From positions 1-44,360 of the forward strand of contig NEEC01000070.1 in the NCBI GenBank assembly GCA_002189035.1: DNA of 44,360 bases. Reading direction: 5' to 3'. Position numbers and translations under genes: made by a program. Below the pieces are notes generated by a model that worked only from the letters and a program-made list of their open reading frames with translations, was not told the origin of the DNA and did not search any database. Positions 1-13,267 of the stretch are shown piece by piece (positions within the stretch are counted from its first letter, which is position 1; each line of letters opens with the position of its first letter). Origin of the DNA: Utricularia gibba (Eukaryota; Plantae; Magnoliophyta).

Positions 1-3000
1 CCCACCTTCAGTTAATATACTTCATGAGGTAATTGATGAGCATGTAGAGCTCACTGTAACTCATGACAGTATCTTGAAGGCGGTGATCTTGTTATCACTG
101 GAACTGTGATAGAAACCAAAATTTCATTATACGGAAAGGTCAGCAATTTTGTTTCGGTTATGTTATTTAAAAACATCCATGCTTTTATCACAAGGCTATT
201 ACTTGTGATTGTGTCTTTTTTCTTGTTAGGGGTGAGTGTACCATTCTGATGTGTAAATCTGTCTTTTTCAGTTTAGAGATGACAAAAATGATGACATGCA
301 GGAGAAACTGATCCTTGAAATTCTTGCTAATGGTGGAAAGGTTTGTATTTCCTCTTATGATTTTTAATTGCTATCATCAAATCCTGACCTAGTAAGTACA
401 TACACCAAAAGTAAATTAAGAATTGTGGACATTATTTCCATATTTTGCACAGTGTGATATTATTGTATCTCATCAGGCGAGCTGATAATTTTCTTCAGGT
501 TCATGTCTCAAGTTGTACTAGTGACTTAATCGTAAAGATGAAGTTGAATTCCTTGAAAATTATGGATCAGCTTGAGGATTTGTCGGGAGACAAGTATTTT
601 GCAAGCTCAGTAGCTGACGTACATGCACATGATTCACCTTTGAATTCGGAATATCTAGGAATTGCGCCCATTTTATTGCCAATGGAAGAGGATGATGACT
701 TTAAAGATGCTTTGTAAGATTTTTGTGTCTTCACAGGATCCCTCTGAATGTGGTTTACATGATATTTTTTACGAGACAATGGGATCTGATGGGTCTGATT
801 TTGTTTCTTTTTTATTCTTGAGAAGGGATGCTGGCTCCCCTAACTATGACAGTCTTGATACCCAGGTAACTATTTGTACTCAAATTAGACAATTGAATAT
901 CCATTTGTTTTAAATTGATCCTGCATACTGCTTATTTCAAAAAATGATCTTGCATGTTATTGTGTCTCACAATTCTTAATTTACAGATGAGTATCCAGAT
1001 GTCAAAGTTGGAATTTTATTTCAACCGGCCTACTGTAGTTGCTTTGATCAATTTTGGTGTTGATATGAGCTCTGCACATAACTTAGGTGATAGTTCACAC
1101 AAAGAAAATCTTGATGCTGAACCTAAAGAAAGGATTGAGCAACATGCACATGATTCATCTGTGAAAGGATTACTGGGTTATGGAAAAAGTAGGGTTGTTT
1201 TTCGTATGTATATGAAAGTTGACAGCGTCACTGTGTTTCTAAACAAAGAGGATGGTTCTCAACTTGCTATGTTCATTCAAGAAAGTTTTCAGTTGGATAT
1301 CAAGGTGGTTTCTATTGTTGATTTTTTTTTTGTACGTCTGGGACTCTACTACTGGACTACTTATTGTTATGCATAATTAGGTACACCCAAGTTCAAACTC
1401 CATTGAGGGAACTTTGGGCAACTTGAGATTGTGCGATCTAAGCCTTGGATGTGGGCACTGCTGGGGTTGGCTTTGTGATTTGCGTGACCAAGTGGCAGAG
1501 TCACTGATTCAGGTCCTTTAACAATCGATTCATTGTGATTGGTCATTTGTTTTTTTGATTGGTCATTTGTTTCATTGTGATGTTCTGCAATTGAATTCCC
1601 AAAATCTGCATTTAACAATCGATTCAACTGCTTTGAACTTTCTTTTTACCACTTCTATATTTTTCTTAGGTACCGCCCTCAGTTTTATACATTCTTGGAT
1701 GTTAATTTCATTGTTACAGCTTGGAATATATTCCATCTTGTTTATCTTATAATTAAGATTTAGCAATCTTCCTGAATAGACTATCACCTTTTATGGGGTT
1801 CGCTAATCTGTTGTTTAAATTCACTGAAATGTGTTTTGATGCCTTTTTCTGTCTATGTATGCTACCAACTTTAAAAATTTGCTCAGGGTAAATTTGATGC
1901 CTTTTGACTTTTTTGCATGGACACACTTATTTGCTCATGTAGCCCCTTATGGATGTTTTCCCATCTTACATTTCTGCAGTTTCATGCAACTTGATCTTGG
2001 TCATCTACGAATCAGAAATACATTTAGATGGCATGGAAATCCAGAGAAGGATACTTCTGCTGTCCATCTTGATATTCTTGATGCCAAGGTTGTTACAGGC
2101 ATTCATTTACTGAAATTTGTTAATGACCTTATGCTGTTTCTTTTTTCCATTCAGATTCTTGGGATTAATGTGACTGTTGGAATAAATGGCTGTGTTGGCA
2201 AACCTATGATACGTGAAGGAAGAGAAGTTAAATTGCATGTTAGGCGCAGTTTGAGAGATGTCTTTCGCAAAGTCCCTACACTCTTCTTGGAAATTAAAGT
2301 AATTTCTCAGTTTCTGTTCCTCAAATGCGTCTCTTTCCTGTCTTTCCTTTTGAGTAAATTAAAACTCCTGATTTCACCCTCAATAGCGGAAGCTCATTCT
2401 CTTGTGGAGCAGGTGGCTTCAGTGCATGCAGTAATGTCTGATAGAGAGTATAATGTTATTCTTAGTTGTTTCTGTACAAACTTGTGTGAACCACCAAATA
2501 TTCCTCCTAGTTTCACAAATAGCCAGTCATCCGCAAAAGACACTATTAATGCTGGCCGTTAAGATGAACATGAATGGCCAGATCCTTTTCTCTCGTACTG
2601 TTACAATAATGGCAGTTGAAGTTGACCATGCGTTGCTAGAGCTATGTTATGGGGCAGATAAAGAATCACCACTGGCATATGTTTTGGTGAGTGTTCTTGT
2701 TGAAATATTCTGCTTTTCAAATAAGGGATGTCCTTTTTCAATTAGTTTATATTGTGCAGATTGAAGGCCTTTGGGTCTCATATCGAATGACATCATTATC
2801 AGAAGCTGAGTTATATGCCACTATTCCTAAATTCTCTATTTTAGACATTCGCCCCAATAGGAAAACGAAGATGAGGTTGATGCTTGGGTCCTGTACAGAT
2901 GCCCCAAGGCAGATTTCTCCTGGGCCTTGGACCGTTCTAGTTCAACGATGTTATTGATGGATGGAAGGTGCGCACCTCATCACAATCATTTGTAATCTGG

Positions 3001-4439
3001 GTCCAACAGCCTCGTATTCTTTTTGTTCCGAAGTTTCTTCTTGCTGGGTGAATTTTTTGTGCCTGCCTTGGGTGCCATCAGTGGCAGGGAGGAAATGATG
3101 GATCCACATAATGATCCAATTTCTAAGAGCAGTATAGTTCTTTCAGTGCCCATATATAAACAGATTGAAGAAGTAGTGCATTTATCTCCAACTAAGCAGC
3201 TTGTTGCGGATGCTTTTGGATTGATGAATATTTATATGATTGTTGTGGTAAAACCATTCATCTCATTTGTGAGGAGTTTCAGTTTCCATTTTCCCATCCC
3301 ATTATTATCATTGGGCGAGGGAAGAAGTTATGCTTCAAAAATGTAAAAATTGAGGTACATAATTATTCATGTCTATCAGGACATAGTTCAACCTTCTTTT
3401 TTTTCTACCCATGTTGGCAGCATTTTCATAATTTTGCCCATTATCTGATTATGTGTCTTGCATCGGGAAGTCCTTTTTTTTTTCTGACATTGGCTTATTC
3501 TTAGAATGGCTTGCTGCTGAAGAAATATACTTACTTGAGCAATGAAAGCTCATATTCAGTCTCTCCAGAAGATGGTGTTGAAATATCCTTTGAGGATGAA
3601 TCACGTCCTCAATAGAAATCATGAAGCTTTGGATCCTTCAGATGAAAATTCATCAGGCACTGGTCGCTGTGAATCAACTAGAATTCAAAGTCTTTAGTTT
3701 GAAGTGCATGTAGATTTTTAACATTGTTGCGATTTCTCTCCTATAGAGTTGCCAACTCTTGATGTCATAATCATTCATATTTTTTCCCTTCGATTCAGGT
3801 TGTTTCCCCAGATTTCACCTTCTATGACAGTAGCAAATCATTCCTTGATGATTCTACCCATGGTGAAAAGATTCTTCATGCAAAGGCTGACTTAAGCTTC
3901 ATGTAAGTTGTACCTGGTGAACACTATGCTCCCTATTGAAATGCTTCGTGGCTTTGTACTGATAGAGACCTTTTATCTTACCTTGAATGTGTGCTGTGCT
4001 CCGAATTTGGTTCAGCCTCGGTATAAAATTATGATATAAGACTCAATATTGCAGCTCGATGATCTTTCAATTTATTTGCTGATTCAAAAATTATTTATCA
4101 TCACGTTAGATTTTATTAAACTTTAGCTTTTATTATTTTGTATGTTATTAAATAGGTATGCATCAAAGGAAGAGGATAAATGGATAAGGGGCTGTGTAAA
4201 GGATCTAACCATGGAAGCTGGTTCTGGGCTTGTTGTTCTTGATCCAGTTGATATTTCTGGGGATATACTTCTGTTAAAGATAAAACAAGCATATCACTTC
4301 TGTCTGGCGATTTATATTTTCATCTTTCTCTAGGTGTTATCTCCCTTCTGCTTAATCTGCATAGTCAGGCATCCACAATGAGTAATATTGAGAATATCTT
4401 GACAAGTGATTCATATCAAGGTAGCTTGTTTTTCACAGA

Positions 4440-5878
4440 TAATGGTCATCTCAGCAATCTAACGTTTTGGAGGCCTAGGGCTCCTTCAAACTATGTTGTT
4501 TTGGTGATTGTGTAACATCACGGTACAGTGTACTACTGCATTTCCTTTTTGTCAGTATTTTGGAACATCAGAAAAATTTTAATGTGTCTGTTTTTTTGTA
4601 ACAATCATTTGCTAATTTCTGCATTTCGAACAATAGACACAATCTAACAAGGTTTTTGCTTTTCTATGTCACTATCTTTTCTTGTATTCTACTGAGATAT
4701 GTTTCTGAGTCTGCTAATTAGATTGCTTGTTTGCTTCTCAGGCCGAACCCACCATCTCAGTCAGTGCTTGCAGTAAGCAATGCTTATGGCCGTGCACTGA
4801 AGCCTCTTGGGTTCAAGCTAATTGCTTCATTTTGGGGGGTTCAAGGGCGAATAACCCAAGAAGTACCTCTTGATATTAGCGCCCAGTGTTCCATTTGGCA
4901 ACCAATTGCACCCCAGGATATATTGCTCTAGGATGTGTTGCTAATGTTGGAAGCCAGCCTCCTCCAAATCATATTGTTCGTTGCCTTCGTTATGATCTTG
5001 TTACCTCAACCATGTGTTTGGAGTGTGTATGTAATGCTTCTCCTAATGATTCATTTGAAGACGGATTCAGCATATGGAGACTAGACAACTCTATTGGGTC
5101 GTTTTATGCTCATGCATCTGCTGGCTTTCCTTCCAAATCCTCTTGCTTTGACCTGAATCATCTTCTTCTATGGTACAATAGCTTGCGTACATCATTATCC
5201 ACTGGATCCCTTCTGGATTATAAAAATGAGCAGGAAAATCAATTACATCTGACTGGCAGCCAGGGTCCGGTATCTACTGGCTGGGATGTTTTAAGATCTA
5301 TTTCTAAATTAAGTGCATGTTATATGTCAACACCAAACTTTGAGAAGATATGGTGGGACACCGGGAGTGACTTCCAGAGATCATTTTCTATTTGGAGACC
5401 TATACCTCATGTAGGATATGCCATACTGGGTGACTGCATCACCGAAGGGTAAGGTTTATATATATCCCTTTGGACACTTTTGTGTACCATGCCTTCATGT
5501 CAGTATCATCTTCTCAATCCTGTAGTACTTAAAGTCCATTCTGTCAACTTCACTTCTCAGCCTGGAACCTCCTCCATCAGGCGTCATTTTCAAGTCTGAT
5601 AACTCTGAGATTTCTGCAAAACCTGTTCAATTTACAAAAGTTGCTCAAATTGGGAAGAGGGCCAGAAGGAAGCTTTCTTCTGGTACCCTATTGCCCCTCC
5701 TAGTTATGCTTCTCTAGGATGTGTGGTGACTCAACAAGATGAAGCACCATCTCTAGAATTGTTGTGCTGTCCAAGAATGGATTTAGTCAATCAAGCTGAT
5801 ATCGTTGACACACCTATCTCAAGAGTACCTAATTCAAAAGCTGCTCAGACCTTGAGTATTTGAAAAGTTGGAAACCAA
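4440..5878 (+). other. Vps62/DUF946-like repeat-coding exons within the VPS13 pseudogene
   Basis: Repeated motifs FWRPRAPSNYVV(L)GDC, SIWQPIAP(P)GYIALGCV, SIWRPIPHVGYAILGDC and FWYPIAPPSYASLGCV are typical of the Vps62-like repeats of plant VPS13M proteins. Confidence 0.75.
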
Positions 5879-7355
5879 GTAAGCTCCATAAAAAAACTAG
5901 ATTTCGATCAGCAGGATCATTGCTTTTGACACATGACCTCATGGATTTTATTAATTTATGTCACGTTTACCACTAAACAGAAGATCCATTTTTCCCTTGA
6001 TCCCAGTTTCCATTATTTCTGCAGGCCAGCACATTTCTTGCTCGATCAGATCTGAAGAAGCCATCAAACAAATTAGCATTTTCTATAGGGTACTCAGTGA
6101 AGCCAAAAACAAAGGACAATATAACAGCAGATATGAAAATCAGATGCCTATCTTTGACTATATTGGACAGGTTGTGTGGCATGGTTGCTCTTTGCATATT
6201 AATATTGTCCTTAATCTAGATTTTTTCTTTAAATGCCAATGTGTTGATCTTCTATGTATCGTATGCTCTTTTTAGATTACTCCACTTTTTGATGCCACAA
6301 TTACAAACATCAAACTAGCAACACATGGAAGACTTGAGGCAATGAATGCTGTGCTGATTTCCTCTTTTGCCTCATCAATTTTTAATATTCAATTAGAAGC
6401 ATGGGAGCCACTTATCGAGCCATTTGATGGGATTTTGAAGTAAGAATTATAGGCCCATTTTATCTTTCTCTTATTGAGTTTTCTACATTCGGATTTGAGT
6501 TATATTCACCACATTTTGGTGATTTCGTGCTATGCTATTCATAATCTTACTAATCTAAACGATTATTGTTTCATATCGTAGGATTGAAATGTATGATAAC
6601 AGTTCAAGCCAATCAGCAAGAATTGATAAAAGGATGAGAATTGCTGTGACAAGTATTCTTAATGTGAATCTTAGTGCTGCCAATTTTGATACTTTAGGTC
6701 TAACATTGGATTCCTGGAGAAACAGAGGGAATTTGAAGAGAAAGCCATTATGCTGTATGAGGTTGCAAGAAAACTTACATCCTAGTGCTGATTATAGGTT
6801 ATGCTTTTTGTACTGTTTTTTTATTGTTTATATGCATTCAGGATTCTGCTGTTCCAAACATATCTGAACCAAAGTGATGCTATTGTGCTTTGGATGAAGA
6901 TGATTTCCAGACTGTGATAGTGCAAAATGAACTTGGGTGTGATTTATATCTGAGGAAAAGTCAGCAGGACTTCAAAGACTTTGAATTACTACATTATGAT
7001 AATCATGCAACTCTATGTATGCCACCCTCTAAGTATTCTAACAAGTTAAATGTTTCTGATGAATCAAGGGAACCTAGCTGCTATATCAGTGTCCAAGTAG
7101 TAAAAGCAAAGGTTGGTCACTTAAAGCATTTAATTTATAGTTGTGAACTTTATTTGGATTCAATATTTTTTGACCTTTCAGGGTTTACCTCTTGTTGATG
7201 ATGGAAATAGTTAAAACATTTTTTGTGCTTTGCGTTTGCTGGTTGAGAATCAAGATGCAAATTTGCCAAAGCCTTTTCCTCAAAGTGCAAGAACAAAATG
7301 TGTCAAAATGTCAACTACCGAAGTGAATGGCTTGGATGAAGGCACAGCTGAATGG

Positions 7356-7515
7356 AATACAGTGGAATCCTGATTCATCTTACATTTGAAGTTCCTCAAA
7401 AGGTATAATTTTGAAAGCTTTTTGGCCTTCAGGCACACTAATCTATGATAAAACAAGCCATTTTAAGGGTGCTGAAAATTGAAATACAGTGGAATCCTGA
7501 TTCATCTTACATTTG
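7356..7515 (+). repeat. 33-bp exact direct repeat (7356-7388 and 7483-7515)
   Basis: AATACAGTGGAATCCTGATTCATCTTACATTTG is present once inside an exon and once in the following intron. Confidence 0.9.
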
Positions 7516-7959
7516 GATGGATTTACAGCCAATTTTTTTAAAAAATAGAAGAATAAATTTTTTATCTTAATTAAGTGGCTTTGATTTCCAGTTGCTATGA
7601 TGGGTATACACAAATGCTCTTTCAATTTCAAAGTACATTTGTTGCTTCAAATTGTGCACATGGTTTTAGTTGTAGTAAAACTCAAATATGTAATAATTTC
7701 TCTTGAATATGACTACACTCTATTGTTGATTAACCATAGCCTCATGTAATTTGTCATGCTGTTCATGTAATTATGTGCGATACCTCGTGATATATGAACC
7801 ATTTCATGTTCATTTAGTTTGATGCCTACATTTTCATGATTAATATTGCATTATTCACTGCTAGGGAATATTAAACATCACACTGCTTCAAGGCTTGTTA
7901 AAACTCGCCATCAGTTTTGGTTTTTTTGCTAGTGTGGATGATTTAGTTTTGGGCGCAGT

Positions 7960-9125
7960 TGATCCAATTTGGACCTTTTTCTTCTTTGTCGCTTGCGTGC
8001 AGGAGGTTGCGGGTGAGCATTGAGCGTGACATGGGAGGATCAGAAGCAGCCCCTAAAACAATTAGGTTTTTTGTCCCGTACTGGATTGTTAATGATACTT
8101 TTCTATCCCTGGCATACAGAGTAGTGGAAATTGAACCACTCGAGAGTGTGGATTTTGATTCTCCTCTAAACCCCAAAGCAGTGAAGTCCGCAAGGTTAAA
8201 GCATTCCTCAACTTCCTTAGTGAGGAGACAGAGTAGTGTAAGGAAAAATATTCAAGTGCTGGAAGAAATTGAAGATACTAGTCCAACACCTTGCATGGTT
8301 TCTCCTCAAGACTACATCGGTCGTGGTGGTGTTATGTTATTCTCTCCACGAAATGACACATATTTGTCTCCATGGGTTGGAATTTCTGTTGCCCTTCGAA
8401 ACTCTGTGAATTTTGGTCTTGGTGTATCACTTCTTGAGTTGGAGAAAAAGGTGATACACATGAATCAGATTTCCTTTGAATAGGTTCAGCTTATATTTAG
8501 GTCTCTGAATCTATGAATTTAATGTCACTCTCAGCAAAGAGTTGAATTAAAGACATACTGTCGTGATGGAAGTTACTACAAACTCTCAGCTGTACTCTTC
8601 ATGACTTCAGACAGGACTAAGGTGTATTTCTTTTACTTGTGAATTGCTTTGCTCGGGAATAAATTCTAGTATATTTTCGAATATAACTCAGTTTCATTTT
8701 CAAGAGAACTTTCCATTTTATATTCAGGTTATACATGTTCAGCCACACTCGGTGTTAATTAACAGAGTTGGCTTTGGGATATGCATACAACAATGTGGTA
8801 CGCAGTCCTTAAATTGGCTTTATCCTACTGGCCCTTCCTTGTATCTTGGATGGCAATCTGGAAAAGCTGAACTACTCAAGGTTTTGTGATCATCATTATT
8901 TATCATACATGCTCAATTACACGAAATTAAAACACCTGACTCATATGCTGTGTTGTAGTTGAGGGTGGATGGTTACTTGTGGAGCACGCCTTTTACAATT
9001 GATTCTGAAGGTACAATGTCTACATTCATGAGATCTGAGGTCGGAAATCAAGGAATGAGTCTCATTATTGAGGTAAGAGGTGGTACAAAGGCCTCAAGAT
9101 ATGAAGTCATATTCCGCCCTTACAG
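7960..9125 (+). other. SHR-BD/VAB-region exons of the VPS13 pseudogene
   Basis: RRLRVSIERDMGGSEAAPKTIRFFVPYWIVND, GLGVSLLELEKK, YKLSAVLFMTSDRTK, VIHVQPHSVLINRVG, RYEVIFRP. Confidence 0.7.
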
Positions 9126-10044
9126 GTAACATGCTAACTAATTTTTTTTTTTTAAGGATGTGTAGCTATCTCAGAAGCTTTCTTTGCAAGAAGTGTGTAT
9201 AGTTATTAACAATAACAGACATGTTAGTAATATGCAACTGTGGTATAGATTCCATGAACTTTAATTTGTCATCGTGGTAGTCAACCATTTGAAAACTTGG
9301 CAGGATTTAAAATCGTTCATTTTTTCTACCATTGCAATTTCGGCAAGCTGGCAGTTCCAAGGTATCATGGAGACCTCTACTTCCAAATTCTGCTGCTTCC
9401 TTTTCATTTGAAGATCTTGGTGGAGAACGAAAATTGGAACTGCTGCTAGAAGAAAATGATTCTATGACATCACAGAAATATGGCATTGATGAGGTGAAAG
9501 ACCATTTGCCCCTCCTAGTCTCCAGTGGACCCAAGCGTAGTCTCAGAGTTACTATTATTCGGGATGAGAAAGTAAACGTTGTTAAAATTAGTGACTGGAT
9601 GCCAGAAAATGAATCACCCACCCTATTATCCCGAAGCCTTTCATCTGTACAATAAATGTCTGATAATAAGTCTCAGCTTCAAGACCCATCAGTTGCCCCA
9701 GATGCTGAATTTCATCTCACCCTTGAAGTTGCAGAGCTTGGGTTATCCATTGTCGATCACACACCACAGGAGATATTATATCTGTCCTTGCAGAACTTTT
9801 TGCTGTCATATTCAACTGGAGTGGGCTCAGGAATCAATCGGTAAATTTTCTTAACATAGAACTCATTGACTGATTTAAGCTCTTTTGCTAATTGGATTGT
9901 TTTTCATCACATCTCCTAAGCTCTAAACCAGGGAAAAGATCTGTTCTCTTTAGGTTATTGAATCCACTATTCATCATTTGAAGGTTCTTTTTTTTCTAAT
10001 TTTAAAAGATTTTGTGGTATATAATTCTGGATCTTCTTTTGTAG

Positions 10045-12774
10045 ACTGAACATTAGAATGGGAGGAATTCAGGTTGACAATCAGTTGCCTTTAACTCCAA
10101 TGCCTGTCCTCGTTCGACCTCAGAGAATTGGGGAGGACACTGATTCTATTTTGAAGCTCTCCATCACACAGTAGTCTACTGGATCTTCGGATTTATGCAT
10201 ATATCGTTACACGAGTTTGCAAGTGAGAATAATGAAAACTGTATTTTTTTTCTTACCTTTCCCTGGGTTGTACGTGAAAATTGTCTTTTCAGGGGCCGGA
10301 AAACATTGCATTTTTTGCAAATATTCACAAAACAATCATTTGGCGCATTCATGAGCTTATCCAGCAGGCAAATATCACAAGACACTTTGGCAGTCAGACA
10401 ACATCTGTTTCGGTTGATCCAGTCATTCAAATCGGGTATGCAGTATGCAATGTCCCTAAGCGATCTAATACACAGTAATCTTCTTGAGAAAACACTTCTG
10501 TTTTGCAGTGTTCTTAGTATATCAGAGGTCCGCTTTAAATTAACAATGGCAATGTCTCCTACTCAACGACCAGTGGGTGTCCTTGGATTTTGGGCAAGCT
10601 TAATGACTGCCCTTGGAAATACTGAAAATATGCCGGTAAACATATCACCTGATTCTTCTCTCTGCAATATGATTAATTATTATATTTTGATGTTGTTAAG
10701 ATGTTGCTTATTATGGACTTTGCCCTACATATCGTTGTGGTTGAATTAGCTGACTTGACCCTGCATAACTTGATTATGTCATGTGTTCCTATTGGGGGAC
10801 AGCAACTCCTATAACTATAATGTATTTATAAAACAGCTTTTAGCATCATGGCTTCTCATTCCTTTTAACATTCACATTTTGTGATTCTCATTTTCTTCTG
10901 TTGGTCCTACTTCCCAAAAAAAATGTGGCCAAAGTTACCAAAGAAGCATGAACATTCATTATTGGCTGGGGCTTATGGTTGCAACTGTCCTCACCCTTTA
11001 GGGAAAACAATCTCAAGACCAAACATATTTCCAAGCAGTTTTTGGGAGTCCTCTTCCTATGTTCTTGAATTCGGGATATGAAAATGCTGAATATTTTCTT
11101 TTCAGTAAGATATCATCGATATGAAAGCTCCTGTATTTGGCATTTTTCATGTTTGCGTCTTTGGTTTTCAGCTGAGAGAAAAATTGTTGGATGTTATCTA
11201 GCTTCCTGTAAATGTATTCTCTTCTATTTTTGTATACGCTTCACAGCATCATTCTATCCGTATTGTCAATTTCTCTCACTTTAACATGTCTTGACAATGT
11301 TTCATTTTCCACTTAACATCAACATTTCAGGATAACAAGGGTGTAGAGGATTTTGGTGATGTTATTCGAGGTGGAGGCGCCCTGGCTAAAGGCCTCTTCC
11401 GAGGAGTTACTGGCATTCTTACAAAACCACTTGAAGGAGCAAAAGCATTAGGTGTTGAAGGCTTTGTTCAGGGAGTTGGAAAGGGTTTGATAGGTGCTGC
11501 TGCACAACCTGTTACTGGTGTTCTTGATCTTCTATCAAAAACTACAGAGGGTGCAAATGCGATGAGAATGAAAATAACCTCGGCTATTGCTTTTGAAGAT
11601 CAACTTGTTCGCCGAAGACTACCTCGTGCAATCAGTGGTGACCATTTGCTTAGGCCGTATGATGAGGACAGGTAAACGTCTCGTTTTCCTATGCAATACA
11701 TGCAGTATAAGTAATAAGCGTCCACAATTAGTGTCCTCAGCAAAATGTGGCATAGTCATTTTATGTGAAACGTTTTAAATTAGAACATCAGAGATGACAT
11801 GTTTCGAAGGAAGTTTCTCTGTTAATTGAAATTCTTTCATTTTTTAATGACATAATTTGTGTCATGGTTCTTAAAGAGGAATTTTTCTACTTCAAAATCA
11901 TTCCTTCGTTACAATTTAGCACTCAAGCGTTACAATTTTATTGTGTACTGTGATGCAGTTCATAATGCAGACAGCCGAATCAAGCTCTTTTTTGGTCAAG
12001 TTGATCTGTTTAAGGTGCGTGGTAAGTTTGCCTCGACGGATGCCTACGAGGACCATTTCATGCTTCCTAAAGGGTGAATCATTATAATCACCAATCAAAG
12101 GGTTATACTGTTGCAAGTAAGTGAATGAGATCAAATGTATCCTGTTGTCAAGGAATATCTAACCTAGCAATCTGCATGAATTGTTACATGACGCAACTCT
12201 CTTACCTGTTTCAGCAACTATCGAACCTTCTAGCACAGAAAAAGTTCAACCCCGCCAGGGATCCATGTTCAGTACTTTGGGAGATGATGTGGGACGACCT
12301 GGCGATGATGGAACTTGTCCATGGGAAGAAAGATCCATCACATGCGCCACCTTCTCAGGTTCTCCTCTACTTCCACATTAAAACCGTGGATGCAAAGGAT
12401 CAAACCCGCACATAAAGTGTTCCCGAGATACTAGTCAAGCATTTGAAGTGTATAATGCAATTGAGCTAGCAAGATCAACATATAGATCCAGACTGCCCAC
12501 GGTATGGTTCTCATTCGTCTTAGGAACAAAGAACTTGGTTCATCTTTCTGCTTTTCATGTTCGAAGAATGAAGAAAATTTTTACCTATGGAGGTGTTCCA
12601 ACTAATATGATTTTTAACATTCTGGATGCCCAGGCCTTGCTGCGGAGGAAAGTGACAAAAGCATACTCTCGCGTCATCGATGCTTCAAATTCAAGAGGAG
12701 GATTCGGCGTCTCCCCCCAGCTTCCTTCATCTGTATCCTTTAGCTCGACTCTAGGAGCCCTTCACATTGATTGA
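10045..12774 (+). other. VPS13_C/ATG2_C and C-terminal PH-like exons of the VPS13 pseudogene
   Basis: GGIQVDNQLPLTPMPVL, RPVGVLGFWASLMTALGNTENMP, GLIGAAAQPVTGVLDLLSKTTEGANA, WEMMWDDLAMMEL. Confidence 0.8.
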
Positions 12775-12908
12775 TGCAGGCACTCGTAGCTGAAGGCTCA
12801 AGGGACCCGTAAGCGTGAATGCTCACCTGTCGAGCAACCCAACCACAAGAAATACTGGTGAGCCCTCTCACCCTCTCTCCCCTTGATAAAGGGGGCGCCC
12901 TCGTTCAC
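12775..12908 (+). other. Probable 3' remnant of rDNA ITS2
   Basis: GC-richer segment contiguous with the 25S 5' end. It ends in ...GCGCCCTCGTTCAC|GACCCCAGG and has a CCCCTT/AAGGGG stem where the last ITS2 helix is expected. The left boundary is approximate. Confidence 0.55.
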
Positions 12909-12919
12909 GACCCCAGGTC

Positions 12920-12957
<38 letters not shown>

Positions 12958-13220
12958 TGGAGGAGAAGAAATTTACGAGGATTCACCTAGTAACAGTGAG
13001 TGAATCGAGAATAGCCCAACTTGAGAATTGTAGTTTGGAGAAGCGTCCTCAGTAATAGACTGGGCCTAAGTCCCCTGGAAAGGGGCACCGGAGATAGTTT
13101 GCTTGTGCTTGGACCCTATCGCACCATGAGGCGATGTCAGCGAGTCGGGTTGTTTGGAAATGCAGCCCCAATTGGATGGTAAATTCCGTCCAAGGTTAAA
13201 TATGGGCGAGAGACCGGAAT

Positions 13221-13267
<47 letters not shown>

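Larger units (their letters stand above)
1..12774 (+). pseudogene. VPS13: VPS13 lipid-transfer protein pseudogene (plant VPS13M1/At4g17140-like), 5' part outside window
   Basis: Dozens of GT-AG bounded exons translate to recognisable VPS13 segments: KLEFYFNRPTVVALI, GTLGNLRLCDLSLG, FFVPYWIVND, ALAKGLFRGVTGILTKPLEGAK, VLDLLSKTTEGANAMRMKI, DLFKVRGKFASTDAYEDHF, and C-terminal QLPSSVSFSSTLG before TGA 12772-12774. In-frame stops occur at 715-717, 5861-5863, 9653-9655, 10172-10174 and 12075-12077, plus several frameshifts. Confidence 0.9.

Noticed and set aside
1529-1581. Short intronic duplications (TGATTGGTCATTTGTTT twice)
   Set aside because: Ordinary slippage-type micro-duplication with no apparent significance.
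1367-1627. Minus-strand 86-aa ORF as a nested gene
   Set aside because: It is the antisense shadow of a VPS13 exon (1381-1512, GTLGNLRLCDLSLG).
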